From a virus (lineage: Duplodnaviria; Caudoviricetes): a stretch of DNA of 32,561 bases. A model generated the notes under the pieces. That model ran no database searches. It was given only the letters and a program-made list of their open reading frames with translations, and had not been told where the DNA came from. Below, one piece after another: positions 10,301-18,183 of this stretch. The stretch spans positions 1 to 32,561 of IMG/VR virus record IMGVR_UViG_3300044522_000230; one strand, 5' to 3'. Positions within the stretch are counted from its first letter, which is position 1. Each line of letters starts with the position of its first letter. The translations under genes were made by a program, and so were the position numbers.

Positions 10301-12380
10301 CGGCTTTGGACTTTCTTGCGCGGCTTTCTTCTACACGGCGAACCGCGCCGGTTTCGTCACGCATAACAGACAGCAGGTTCTCTTTAAACTCTGCGCGTGC
10401 CGCTTCGCTGTTTCCGGCAAACGGCTTACCAAACAACCGTTCCATTTGCTTACGACTAATTGGTGCTTCTTGCGCTGCAAGTTCCCTTGCAACCTCTGGG
10501 TTTGCTGCAACAAAAGCATCAACATCGTCATTTGTAAGACCAGTAAGCGTTCCTTGTTCTGGGTTTGCAACCGCAGTATCACCCTGAAGCGAACCACTAA
10601 TAACTCCTCGACGAACAAGTTCATCCGCAGCCATTTCGGGGTGAACAGCAAAGTCGAGATTGCCGTAAGTACCAGCATCTTCGGCAGATCCGGCAATGCG
10701 AGCCGTCGTGCCATCTGCGCCCATAAGAATGATGGTCTTTAGTTGGTCATCAGAGATTGCAGAAAAGTCCAATGCGTTGCCAACTTGACGACGGTACTGA
10801 ACGTCGGCGCGTTCTTGAACTCGTGCCTTCGCTTCCTTATCTGCAAGCCAATCAACAACCACCGACGCATCTTCAATACTCATCTCGTCTTGTTCAACCA
10901 TCTTCCGAATCGGATGGTCTTCAGGGAGAGTGGCAATGCGAAGGTTGACAGAGTTAGCCAAGTTGGCAGACGCTTGGAAGTTTCGCACTCCAACAATAGA
11001 ACCGGGAATTGCTCCCAGTGGCAGTGCAACAAGTCCTGCGTAAGCAGCGTTTTTAAACGTCTGCTTGACCCAATCTGGGTTTTGCTTGTAAAACTCTTTA
11101 AACTCTTCCATATCCAATCGGTGAAGATTGATTAGGAAGTCAGATCCAAATTGATCTAATGTTTCTTGCGTTGTTTCAGCAAGACCACCGCGACCGGCAC
11201 CTTTTACAAATGCTTTTGCAGCCGTCATGTTCAACGCCATGCGCGCGGTTGGAAGTTTGTCAAAGCCAATGACTTTGCCCGAAATGTATTCGGTCACGGC
11301 AGTAGATGTGGCTGCTGCCATCGAATCGTAAAGAGCGGCTTTAAACGCTTCTTGATCCGACAGGCCAGCATCTTTATATGTAAGGTAACTATCGTTGAGT
11401 TGCGCTCCTCCAGCAAAACCCGCGCCGGTCAAAGCAAACGTAACGTTAGAAAGTCCAAACGGTGCTGATAGAAGAGCCGCTGCTGTCTGAAATGCAATCT
11501 GTGGAAAACCAGTTGCAACATCAAGCACATACTGCTCAAAATCACTGCCGCCCTTTGCTCCGTTATATTTGACAGCGTTGTCAAGGTGTCTGGCGTAACC
11601 AAAAGCAAATTTTGCTACGTCACCAGCAATCTCGTTGCCTGTAAACGCAGCAACGGCTGCCGCCGGAACGCCAATAAGAACAGAGTTCATTCCTGCCGCA
11701 ACTTGTTCGTAACCCTGCCAAGTCGCCTTTGCTAGATTTGATACAACGCCTCTTGGAATGTTGGCTTTGCCTTGCGCTATGTAGTCTTTCAAAAGCAAAT
11801 CGTTGCCATCACGCAGACCACGCGCTACATTGTCACGCTCAATAACAGTTGCGGCAGATTCATCGTTGCGATACAGACCAATAGGAATGCCAAGCACAGT
11901 TGATTGACTTACACCCTGCATTCGCTCTGAATATTGAATTCTGCCAAGCATCTCATTACGAGATGGTGGGCGTCCATACATTTGTTCAAAGTTTGGTTCT
12001 GGTGGTTCTTCCGGAGCGGACTCCCACGGATACATCCCCTGCGGATCATTGAGTTGATCAAATGAATCACCCATCCAACGATCTTTGGATGTCGGTGCAT
12101 AACGAGATTGGTTTATCTCGTCAATCTCTGCCTGTGGTCGCAAGCCCGGAATGTAATTACCAGACGGAATATCTGGTAACTGCACGTTTTCTAAAGCCGC
12201 CATGTCCTCATAGGTTGGCGTAGGAGCAACAGAGTTTTGATCTGGTTCGTTGATTGGCGAGTAACTAGACGCCTCCATACTGGCCGTCTGGTCGGGTGCC
12301 ATTGCGTATGTATCAGGGAACTGCTGATCCTGAGTTGTATCGAACTGATATTCCGGGATAGACGATCCGAATTGTGACAT
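1353..12380 (-). CDS. Giant polyvalent internal virion / ejection protein (3675 aa) with zincin metallopeptidase and ADP-ribosyltransferase-like domains
   Basis: Uninterrupted 11-kb ORF at the end of the structural operon. Gly/Ala-rich hydrophobic helices near both ends; HETIH (aa ~1233); HEVAH...DEFIA (aa ~2510); ART-PolyVal-like block TPAFRKWFG...VVYHGT...GFYFS...PVYLSLQNP...GYDG...FDPKQIK. Confidence 0.85.
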   Translation of the reverse strand: MSQFGSSIPEYQFDTTQDQQFPDTYAMAPDQTASMEASSYSPINEPDQNSVAPTPTYEDMAALENVQLPDIPSGNYIPGLRPQAEIDEINQSRYAPTSKDRWMGDSFDQLNDPQGMYPWESAPEEPPEPNFEQMYGRPPSRNEMLGRIQYSERMQGVSQSTVLGIPIGLYRNDESAATVIERDNVARGLRDGNDLLLKDYIAQGKANIPRGVVSNLAKATWQGYEQVAAGMNSVLIGVPAAAVAAFTGNEIAGDVAKFAFGYARHLDNAVKYNGAKGGSDFEQYVLDVATGFPQIAFQTAAALLSAPFGLSNVTFALTGAGFAGGAQLNDSYLTYKDAGLSDQEAFKAALYDSMAAATSTAVTEYISGKVIGFDKLPTARMALNMTAAKAFVKGAGRGGLAETTQETLDQFGSDFLINLHRLDMEEFKEFYKQNPDWVKQTFKNAAYAGLVALPLGAIPGSIVGVRNFQASANLANSVNLRIATLPEDHPIRKMVEQDEMSIEDASVVVDWLADKEAKARVQERADVQYRRQVGNALDFSAISDDQLKTIILMGADGTTARIAGSAEDAGTYGNLDFAVHPEMAADELVRRGVISGSLQGDTAVANPEQGTLTGLTNDDVDAFVAANPEVARELAAQEAPISRKQMERLFGKPFAGNSEAARAEFKENLLSVMRDETGAVRRVEESRARKSKAAARSAIESLTGLSGADLERVALGLSPENAILLREEQAKTRQEALAGGTLALKDIADRRARSSMTEANVARGTAETRAGAMSPRALAAEREREDAEAERVKVTVARIALEDASQRFVDAFKNFSDSVTDTFSGNIDLAMIAWQAYLVVNELQSVSGLTLDYYDRFGGVDMSAIDAFNTIVNDITNDDNARMGAVDRAAEDAAKIIEESQLRAALAIAIEDSNIISDPAHVVSRPNAIKTLLGLSRIESEPDTELDDETIKDVAVVIESGSALGVELRGVVDSNPALADLVDAVDVETIQSLEAEGNHEARLLTKIDNIRRGLDPVTADGTPSKERVANAIRAAVISEQTAAAKVMNDLVQQRAALEKQRSAMEGAARFYPDGRPRGVRAKKTDEEKKLEKDIDALDLKIGGQRLVTEEISGRLGQTSEGVHVPPVKVERTETFPSASAEARLQTILSARNQIATVNAVDASDIDMRWDDGETVLTTQERYLINFGNKLGITVVFVKASKPIKTNGAQQDGVVFINSAMANNPASMWAIAVHETIHALAKTSPQRFNDLLKLLRSKAPRALRIQSERWFRLRAMQIETQAPVAAATKLFDELVAEEAGTVTAESQVKQFLWFVRNGTGKDLDNLRANLPANLANALNNQGLFESNQEQSAAVVKRFKALVRSVKAAAKPTEQTLAEEEVAGVATMLMDAAFFSFVDENGKPDYDKLERLAEGPRASRTLAGITSVIQDIMTVLKVPLALRGMNSAQVNAVRRLADGKLEELANPKRRAMVASLFAKSLLQMMEVRKGKVDLVDGLDAKPLTQAEINNEIPPLDDSDEDGGVGPRRPTKPRKPTGGKGKGKGGTSKKPAPTPSKEPIDEDEEDRTDVADPNDVADDEIVNDEPWMDDAEEEQEPKRIPEKPKQPKKKKEKPTIDFEDVVGFEPTLTAVGDTKPKWMALQDVLKVYGLTNEEFLSVYNSDEMRLDKTFNLIRPFKNDWGLMKPAVAAVVRYAQIAKAGKKLTPKPTKKSGAPDLKPAAEPAKKPTTKAKPTEKFNPVREKRLTVDDFKEMADANGVIALGDFFEKYALDDERLGYSNPITDFKDTDGYEKLSKKDKASFDNGFLSVKAADNFNSFLDKTALWTNDGRLKYLTEGSGNMRGASFDVKLGAVGYSFERAAGFIGISLAEFNRIAKTIAFTNLKNASFATSKEIRAISIANYTDRIAGKKSKKAKGTDAEIDQSISGDETVDPKTKTPAFRKWFGKSKVSRNGNPIVVYHGTNETAFDAFSPESVGKNVKRKIDGFYFSDEQENAKGYGKRIIPVYLSLQNPLIVDFDGLNFDGINIDEDTGKEEKIFSSIDELVAEAKRDGYDGLIAMNVADVGLDGDERIVGTTFVAFDPKQIKATTNSGAFSTETANIDQSIDDDGLISDNKLRNKLQLERALESVVVIKPTDPRWPSAKPTGQFPTLTSQGKPKYEGEVRQPNLAAIVPDGRTVFHESGLADMKQLVAKITQGFRIHMPFYVSDNIDLALGQKSKGYILELDPFFVNGRPNTGKNLEFSESMGLGTEFVVDKTAKQSLLSITAPNERGVDALRFFKNLDKWFDFENPITTERGIKLVRKAKPTTATFRSLAEFFKNAANDPQAETKLDASDPDRHITPSAMDQSLDGTWIDTAIQEVPGQIEIDPKDVILLTTDKIDKSLIGKYYTVPKHHFRWDEKPVYFKIKNIANTAYLQNWIQKIVVEDKVTDELTAELLTNLNAMLGYANAKYVLVIDPKGRVPNYRSFAIRGSESKRVYDTIGDGIVVTPLPTSVLNGNFSVDEINYFAGVLLHEVAHTVTIAQTAQYLGDFRSLTTGENNEIPGAVYERMARFANDAPMGITVVNGVARAGSAPKELISLARLYIGVIAALKSVEIIDDNFVNKLGSYPDVLRTAFSKSATKAFTGNQVTNPQITDRILQHVGYGLANVDEFIAMGAENPFFRSFLKSLEIERVDRGNTLNEGEEVRTNVLDELTRLVSIIANNDQSWYEDREKPIRYRPVSFGILGDNAITRINAVPETVDSTTTKTRFERLIADAAGGFANIADIQSTLDQSLTADVVDRFDAVQNQMSRLFNGVKGIAQRVGTKETFPYVSLDSGDEDIEILSRNKDVSPLWKYIAAPLNLAIASKIAPVIKIVEDLIDADMRRNMVTASRTNEAKAVWASIPRSERKGEEFAKYMDEYYDPATIDTDPEFADKSQQFRDALKWFKTREEIRRTEIIDIRRRAMRKVLDSDNSDEIVEKANNIGRTWSVELGPRSRRMIQTETALITIDEARDELAKEMVPDTWGRQYAHMFHWFQGDLKLVAYKADGTKEIIGSAFTEPEAFQRLAMHKKDNPTEYVRWTAEPAVFINTDEAIALSAAQRNRLRKLLADATGAYSKDVSDAMRGIVTTHSNKRPFYGALIERTGAKGFETDFMEVWKMSERLHNRWTMGGEMIRTVTPQIEELRKSYPAWAEYLTETMQHTLFTKPTVTEQVIDGMVNKMTLGLTSPFFTRRFLNSARALNYARQLFTVRQMAVNSLQPLQTIYPIMGEANFAKAIAFYNTAEAKAILKKHGVFDASGRFREGNETALGADVYDFVSAMNTRIEAGTGVNLGAESRNQNFSFIAMYWHATTNLGMSEGEAARYARIYGNVYTQFHYTKANMPYLLRGPVASTALQYRRFAINSLGLLVNEFQRGNYSGAARYLGTLGIMGGFNALVGTSAIGVIYSLYRGDKEGADDMNFLLHKYLEDKLGSARAADIAIMGLPAAVGLDISGSISLLNKPFGRNIYEKIGATVAGPTINTLIQTATNLSAETAVEMGYGERATRAIVDSSPSVQPLITLMKMINGDHAYQDAKGRKTFELETSDQWMKLLAFRTVTESNWSMEYQRLRIIRAEVDNASDKAATQLASGNRAEAMATLRKFNSMYPLAAITLADIKQRADNKKKSVTMSQLDRRVDLESSAKARKIAKSEGIGQ
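4080..5346 (-). other. AT-rich zincin-like metallopeptidase module within the giant protein
   Basis: LLHEVAHTV (HEVAH at 4839-4853) plus downstream NVDEFIAMGAENPFFRSFLKSL; two sampled 60-nt lines are ~27-28% GC. Confidence 0.7.
5361..6078 (-). other. Second putative ADP-ribosyltransferase-fold module within the giant protein
   Basis: Motif order TVFHES / FYVSDNIDLA / YILELD / TEFVV fits the ART H...aromatic-x-S...E layout. Confidence 0.45.
6093..6618 (-). other. ART-PolyVal-like ADP-ribosyltransferase module within the giant protein
   Basis: FRKWFGKSKV, VVYHGT, GFYFS, PVYLSLQNPL, GYDGLI, FDPKQIK, NSGAFS. Confidence 0.8.
7243..7262. repeat. Dispersed palindrome copy 2 (20-bp perfect AAGTCCGGCGCGCCGGACTT, inside giant gene, KKSGAPDLK)
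   Basis: Direct reading; core followed by TTTTT on +. Confidence 0.97.
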
Positions 12381-12396
12381 GGATCTAAGTCCTTAG

Positions 12397-15300
12397 TTAT
12401 TGTTGTTGGTAACCATTCTTCTTCAAAATCATCTCGTACAATGATTTTTGTTCGCTCGGATTAAGATACCCGAAGTTTGCTTTAACAAACTCATTTGTTG
12501 CCTTGACACCGGGGTTCTCTCCCGCTCGGCCAGTAAGAACAACCTTGTCCTTCTGCTCAACAATAGGTTTGTACTGCGGGGTGTTTTGGTCAACCGAAGT
12601 AACCTTGCCGCCAGCGTTAAATGGCAAACCAGCGTCGATCATCTGCATAACCTGCTGTGCATTTTCTGGTTTAGGTATACGAAGCACCTGTCCGGCTACT
12701 CGCATCTGGACAGCAGGTACTGGTGAGCCTTTCACCATCACTTCTGTTTGACCAGTTTGCGAGTTCTTAAACACTTGAGTGGAATAAGCAGCCTTTGCCT
12801 TTGCAGCAAGTTGTGACTGTGAAACCTTTTCTTTGCTTGATTGTCCAGCCTCGTAGTAACGACGTTCGGCAGCAGACATGTCTGAGTCGCCCGGCTTGCT
12901 TGCATCAAAGACGCCGGGAGAAACCTTGCCGACAACCGCCGCTGTGCCACTACGTTGTACTTGCTGAAGAAGCGCGGCAACGTCTTGGTTGCCCTCTGGA
13001 TTTGCTGGGTCGTAGTTTGGTGTTTCGCTGTACAGACTTGTAAGCCGTGACCAATCACGAACTAGTTGCTTGTTACCAGTGTTTGCAAACACAAAGTTTC
13101 GCGCAGCAACAAACTCTTTGTTAGATGCATCAATTGGATTGTTATTTCCGACAACCAAACGACCGCGATTTGCATCGTAAAGTGGCGCAAAGGCCTTTTT
13201 CATAATTGCAGATCCGCTTGCGCCAGCAGATTCAATAACAGAACTAATGTCCTTTTCAAATTGAATTGGATTAGTGTCTTCTGATGGTGGGTAAATTAAG
13301 CCACCAGCAACAGCAGTTGGGTCAACTGCATACTGCAACAATGTTCTTGCTGCCTTGCCTTGCCCAGACTTTGCCATTGTGTTGCCATACAACGTTCCGC
13401 CAACTTCCGATGCTTTGGCAAGGCTTTGACTTAATGTATCGAAGGATTTGACGGCAGCGTCAGCGCGGCTGTTTACCTCGTTTGCTGTCTTTGCAGCACC
13501 ACCCTTTTTAATCAGGTTGGTGGCAAGAGTTGAGATGCCACGCTCAATGCCCTGCGCTTCTTTGACAGCCGCACTTCGCGCTTCATTGGACTTCTTAGTT
13601 TCGGCGGTGTCAAACTCTTGCTTACTTGTTTTAAGTTCATCAGGCACCGCAGGAACATCTACACCTGTAATCCGCTTGCCAGAACGCCGGATCCAATCTG
13701 GAATCTTGGTGGCGTCGTCTTGGTTTCCATACGTTTCTTCAGCAACTTCAAGTAACGCTGCTTGTTGTGCTTTTATAAACTTGTCGCCAAAGGAATTTCC
13801 GCCAGCAGCCTCTTTTGCCCGAAGATCCGCTTCGTCTTTAATTTCCCGATATCGCTTTTGATCTTTCTGATAAGCCTCAAACGCAGGTCTACGCTTTTCA
13901 GCGGCTGCTGTTGCCAACTCCTTGATCTTAAAGTCGTTTTCTTCAGTGCTTGCAAACTTAGTTTCTGGACTAACTATCTTGTCGCCAGTTGCCTTCTTGA
14001 TTTCAATTTTGGTTGGATCGCCGGGCAAGATGTATTCGGTTCCTTCGGAAATTGCATCAATAACCTCCGGGCCAGTTGCAACTACCACTAGTCGTGTCCC
14101 CACGCGAGCGGCTGGAAACGTTTGTCCTGTTTCTGCGTCATATGCATCAACCATTCCGTTGCGATCAACCTTAAATTCCATAGATGAATTGCCACTCATG
14201 GAATACCGTGGTGGCTGTGCGGGTTGCTGTGGCTGCTGCGGCTGCCCGGACAAGTCCGGCGCGCCGGACTCAGATGGCGCACCGGGAGGTGCGTATCCCT
14301 TAGAACGAGCAAGTTGCGCTGCCCGTGCTTGGATCTGTTGTTCTGAAGGTGCTTGGAATTTATTTGCAGTCAATTCCCTGCGAGCCTGTGCTTCAGACTC
14401 TTGGTAGATCTTTTGCATAGTCCTTTGCTGGGCCGTGGCTGCCTTTGCAGCCTCCGCAACCTTCTTGCGCTCTTCCATTGCCATCTTTGCCTGATCCTGC
14501 CTAGAACCGCGATCTTGCTCTGTCTTCTGCGTGTTCCTGTCCCGCATGAACATGCCCGGATTACGCATTACGCCGTAAATCAGGTTGTCTATTCGGGCGT
14601 CAAGACGGCTGTTGTTTTGGTCTTTTTCAGCAGGACTAAAAGTGTCCGCGCTTTGGCCTTTGCCTTGCGCGTTTAAAAACGCGCGCATTGATTTGCCTGT
14701 ATCGTTTTTTGCAGTTGCAATAGAATCAATGAGTTGTTCGCGCTGTTCCGGGGTAATTGCTCGTGCGTATTCCTCTGCCGAAAACTCAGTTGCCAATGGC
14801 AGCGAGGTGCCAGTAACCGGGTCATTGACAAAAGGCATTACCGCACCATTGTTGCCTTGCAACCGTGGCCCCGCTGCTGTACCAACAACGTTTGCTTGCG
14901 GTCGGCCCCCGTAGTCAACAGGAGAAACGCCACCGTTTATATCAGGTGCATAAGTTACACCCGCTGAAGTTCCCGCAGGAGTTGTTGGCGTTCCGGCAGG
15001 ACTCGTTGCAGATGGATTTTGTACTTTTATATAGTTGCCATCTTTGTCAACTTTAAGTCTGCCCTTACTATCTATTTCAAGAAGTCCCGACTCCGTTGTG
15101 CCGGTTGGTAATGGGTTAGTTTTCCCATTCGTTAAAAGTTTTCCTGTTTGTGAACGCCTTAATCGTTCAGCACGACCGGCTCGCCCTTGCTCGGAATTTG
15201 GATCAATTGTGATTGCCCGTCCTCCGGTACCAACGTTTGGCGCGCCCAGTTGCCCACGACGTGACGGGTCGGTTGGTACGCCGCGTAGGCCAAGACGCGA

Positions 15301-15987
15301 CGGGTCGCCGGGAGTCTTTGCTGCGTCAGCAGCCATCATTTTATCCATTTCAGCCTGTGCTTGCGCCCCAGCACGCGGCGGATTAGCAGCAGTCTTTGCT
15401 GCGCTGTCTTTATACACCTGATCCATTGCAGCCTGTGCTTGCTGGCGCGCCCGTGACTCTCTTGATTGTGGATCAGATGGCGGAAGTGGTCTGCCATTAA
15501 AGTCAACAGAAGGAAGTGTTCCAGCCGCAGTTGTTGTTGGAATACCTTTTTTTGCACCGGCAATTCTTGTAGCCGCATCACGCTCTCGCCGCTGTTGTTC
15601 TCTAAATTGTGGATCGTCCTCGGCATTAAAGTCAGCCGCGCGCGCCAACCTTGGTGCAGGACTGGCTTTGGGTTGGTCAATAGGCGCAGGGGCTTGGTAT
15701 CCAACCCCCGGAATGGCTGCTTTTTCAGCCAAAGACGGAATGACTGCACCAGTATTCATAGCCCCTGATCTTAGTTGTCCCATTGGAACATATGGTGCTT
15801 GCATACGTTGCTGATAAGCCTCTTGTTGCAAAGCCTGTGCCGCTTGGTTGTTAGCGGCTTCCATGTCAACAATGGGCGTGTAGTCATTAGGAGCAGGAGG
15901 TGTTCTAGTGTCTTGAAACCCTGTTGAAAGCCTTTTTGCGGCATTCCTAATTGGCCCAATTGGTTCGTCTTGCTTAGGAAGTTCCAT
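12397..15987 (-). CDS. Large Ala/Gln/Pro-rich putative internal virion (ejection) protein, 1196 aa
   Basis: Long ORF immediately upstream of the giant gene; low-complexity, helical/coiled composition with no Cys, typical of ejected core proteins; no catalytic motif recognised. Confidence 0.65.
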   Translation of the reverse strand: MELPKQDEPIGPIRNAAKRLSTGFQDTRTPPAPNDYTPIVDMEAANNQAAQALQQEAYQQRMQAPYVPMGQLRSGAMNTGAVIPSLAEKAAIPGVGYQAPAPIDQPKASPAPRLARAADFNAEDDPQFREQQRRERDAATRIAGAKKGIPTTTAAGTLPSVDFNGRPLPPSDPQSRESRARQQAQAAMDQVYKDSAAKTAANPPRAGAQAQAEMDKMMAADAAKTPGDPSRLGLRGVPTDPSRRGQLGAPNVGTGGRAITIDPNSEQGRAGRAERLRRSQTGKLLTNGKTNPLPTGTTESGLLEIDSKGRLKVDKDGNYIKVQNPSATSPAGTPTTPAGTSAGVTYAPDINGGVSPVDYGGRPQANVVGTAAGPRLQGNNGAVMPFVNDPVTGTSLPLATEFSAEEYARAITPEQREQLIDSIATAKNDTGKSMRAFLNAQGKGQSADTFSPAEKDQNNSRLDARIDNLIYGVMRNPGMFMRDRNTQKTEQDRGSRQDQAKMAMEERKKVAEAAKAATAQQRTMQKIYQESEAQARRELTANKFQAPSEQQIQARAAQLARSKGYAPPGAPSESGAPDLSGQPQQPQQPAQPPRYSMSGNSSMEFKVDRNGMVDAYDAETGQTFPAARVGTRLVVVATGPEVIDAISEGTEYILPGDPTKIEIKKATGDKIVSPETKFASTEENDFKIKELATAAAEKRRPAFEAYQKDQKRYREIKDEADLRAKEAAGGNSFGDKFIKAQQAALLEVAEETYGNQDDATKIPDWIRRSGKRITGVDVPAVPDELKTSKQEFDTAETKKSNEARSAAVKEAQGIERGISTLATNLIKKGGAAKTANEVNSRADAAVKSFDTLSQSLAKASEVGGTLYGNTMAKSGQGKAARTLLQYAVDPTAVAGGLIYPPSEDTNPIQFEKDISSVIESAGASGSAIMKKAFAPLYDANRGRLVVGNNNPIDASNKEFVAARNFVFANTGNKQLVRDWSRLTSLYSETPNYDPANPEGNQDVAALLQQVQRSGTAAVVGKVSPGVFDASKPGDSDMSAAERRYYEAGQSSKEKVSQSQLAAKAKAAYSTQVFKNSQTGQTEVMVKGSPVPAVQMRVAGQVLRIPKPENAQQVMQMIDAGLPFNAGGKVTSVDQNTPQYKPIVEQKDKVVLTGRAGENPGVKATNEFVKANFGYLNPSEQKSLYEMILKKNGYQQQ
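14253..14270. repeat. Dispersed palindrome copy 3 (inside 1196-aa gene, ESGAPDLSG)
   Basis: Direct reading AGTCCGGCGCGCCGGACT; extra half-site CCGGAC at 14246-14251. Confidence 0.97.
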
Positions 15988-16348
15988 TTGATTTGCTTTC
16001 TGGTTCGTTCGTATTGAACGGAATTAGTTTGTTGAGTGCCTCTCGGCGTTTTTGACAACCACCGCATGGCTTAATACCAACAGCGGATGTTGCGCGTGCA
16101 ATTACGTCACCAAGGCCTGTAATGCGTTTTGGTAATGGCTTATCTACTTTGTTTGGATCAATATCGACAAAAATCGGCGGGTCTTGCAAATTTCCCTCGC
16201 GCGTTTGCCGATGACTGCATGATTCGCATTGAAGGACATCATGTCCTTGGCTGCATCGCGGTTGGAGTTGATACAAAGACCAAGACTTGCAATCAACAAT
16301 ATTGATCGAAAGTTCTCCAATTTTAACTTCGCCGCAATGGATGCTCAT
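15974..16348 (-). CDS. Small Cys-rich tail-associated protein
   Basis: 124 aa with CESC and GLGDVIARATSAVGIKPCGGCQKRREALN motif; ATGA-coupled to the upstream gene. Confidence 0.7.
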   Translation of the reverse strand: MSIHCGEVKIGELSINIVDCKSWSLYQLQPRCSQGHDVLQCESCSHRQTREGNLQDPPIFVDIDPNKVDKPLPKRITGLGDVIARATSAVGIKPCGGCQKRREALNKLIPFNTNEPESKSNGTS

Positions 16349-18183
16349 GTGATTGTGATAATAGAAGCGTCAGATGTGCATTTGTTCTGAGTAGTTTGGA
16401 ACACGTTGTCGCACAAGACAGGAATTGGATGGTCAATATTCCATTGATTGCAATCCACTTGCGCCGGGCAACACGGGGCAAGAGTGTATTCGTATGGATA
16501 GCAGTTACATTTTGATAATGGCACGGACATTTGATTGCAAAGCGTCAGGTACCCTTCTTGCACTAATACCGGAGGAAAACCGGGAGGGTAAAGATAAACA
16601 TCATTTTGCGGAAATCCGTACACCGCTTCGCAGCCCGGAACGTCAATTGTAACAAAATCTCCAATGCAAATTGTGCTTAGTGGGCCAGCAATCTGTTCGA
16701 CAGACTTCATGGTGTACCGTTGACCAAACGCATATTCAGGCATTGAAATAACATCAAGCCCATACGGCACAGAACTACCATTTGCTGAAATTGCGGCTTG
16801 TCGCACCTCAATGCAACCGTAGGTCATTGTTAACTGCACCGAAGCGCAAGCGTAATAACGCGGCGAATTAGCAACAATGTAAACATCAATTGTGTTGTTG
16901 GTTGCGTTGTACTCAGCGCGATCAACAGATAGACCATCACCAAATGTAAAAGGTGGTCGATCATTTGGCGTTTGCCAATCACAAGTTACACAGGACTGTC
17001 GATACCCAAACCAAAAGTACGCCGACCAAGGAGCAATGCCGGACGCTGTTATAAATCCATTCATGCGGCTGTTAATTCGTTCTGCAATATGCGCTGCATT
17101 ACCTGAGAAACAAATTACAGTTAAGTCGCAAACCGTTACAGCAGGTGCAAACAATTGACCCCATCCGGTGTTTACCGGGTGTTCTAAATCAATTGACACA
17201 ACGCCATTGACAAAAAAAGCAGTCACTGACTGTGGGTCAAGACAATTAATTCCGTTAGCCGTAGCATAACAGCATGGAAAATTAATTACCAAGATGTCTT
17301 CAACATGTGCTGCACCACCTTCTGTTACTGAATAACAAGTCTTGACTTCGTATGTGTTGTACGGATCTGGCTGCGTGTCGCAATATTCCGGGTAAATATC
17401 GCAAATGCCTTCATTGCCGCAGCAACCATCTTCCGGTATGCAGTTTGGCTCATCGTCACACGAAGAATATGCAGTCCACATCTGCCTTTTTTCATTTGGG
17501 CAACTTGCAATAAAAGTACACGGAGGTGGACTATCAACACCATCAAATGATTCGCACGAAACGCAATAGCCCATTTTTTGCGAAATTGCTTTAGTAACCT
17601 CAACAATGTCTATGTGAGAAGAATTACCGTCACAACGAACATAATACGGAACTCCATAGGTAGTAATGCAAGCCGACAAAGTACAAGTAATAACAGCCTC
17701 ACTACCTTTAACCGTTCCAAATTGATCTTTAAATGTATAGCACTCAGCAATGAGTTCTTCGCATGGATCTTGCGGTTCTGTAACTACAGGGCCTTGCTGG
17801 CCGTCAAGATTACCAATGCCACCAACAGGTGATTGATCTTGTGACTGGGCAAAACAACATAAGCCATTTACCTTGTTGCCAGTACGAATTAATTTACCTT
17901 CGTTAACCGGGTAAATAGATGTTGGATCAGGACAAACTTTAGTTTCAAAATTTGTCAACACATACACGCAACAGTCGTACTCAAAGTAATAACACTTTGT
18001 TGGATCAGGAATAGGCATAGGAACGCCCTGCTTATCCAAATACTCAGGACAAAACTCAATACGGGCAGCCGAGCCTTGTTCACAACCAGAATCACAACAC
18101 ATACCATCGTAATAAGTTGAACAGGGCAGGGCATACCACAACACTCCACCGCAACAACAAGATGCTTGTAAAATAGATGTCAT
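16345..18183 (-). CDS. Cys-rich putative tail tip / receptor-binding protein (~612 aa)
   Basis: About 49 Cys by hand count (~8%), N-terminal SCCCGG; start reassigned to the ATG overlapping the upstream TGA. Confidence 0.65.
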   Translation of the reverse strand: MTSILQASCCCGGVLWYALPCSTYYDGMCCDSGCEQGSAARIEFCPEYLDKQGVPMPIPDPTKCYYFEYDCCVYVLTNFETKVCPDPTSIYPVNEGKLIRTGNKVNGLCCFAQSQDQSPVGGIGNLDGQQGPVVTEPQDPCEELIAECYTFKDQFGTVKGSEAVITCTLSACITTYGVPYYVRCDGNSSHIDIVEVTKAISQKMGYCVSCESFDGVDSPPPCTFIASCPNEKRQMWTAYSSCDDEPNCIPEDGCCGNEGICDIYPEYCDTQPDPYNTYEVKTCYSVTEGGAAHVEDILVINFPCCYATANGINCLDPQSVTAFFVNGVVSIDLEHPVNTGWGQLFAPAVTVCDLTVICFSGNAAHIAERINSRMNGFITASGIAPWSAYFWFGYRQSCVTCDWQTPNDRPPFTFGDGLSVDRAEYNATNNTIDVYIVANSPRYYACASVQLTMTYGCIEVRQAAISANGSSVPYGLDVISMPEYAFGQRYTMKSVEQIAGPLSTICIGDFVTIDVPGCEAVYGFPQNDVYLYPPGFPPVLVQEGYLTLCNQMSVPLSKCNCYPYEYTLAPCCPAQVDCNQWNIDHPIPVLCDNVFQTTQNKCTSDASIITIT

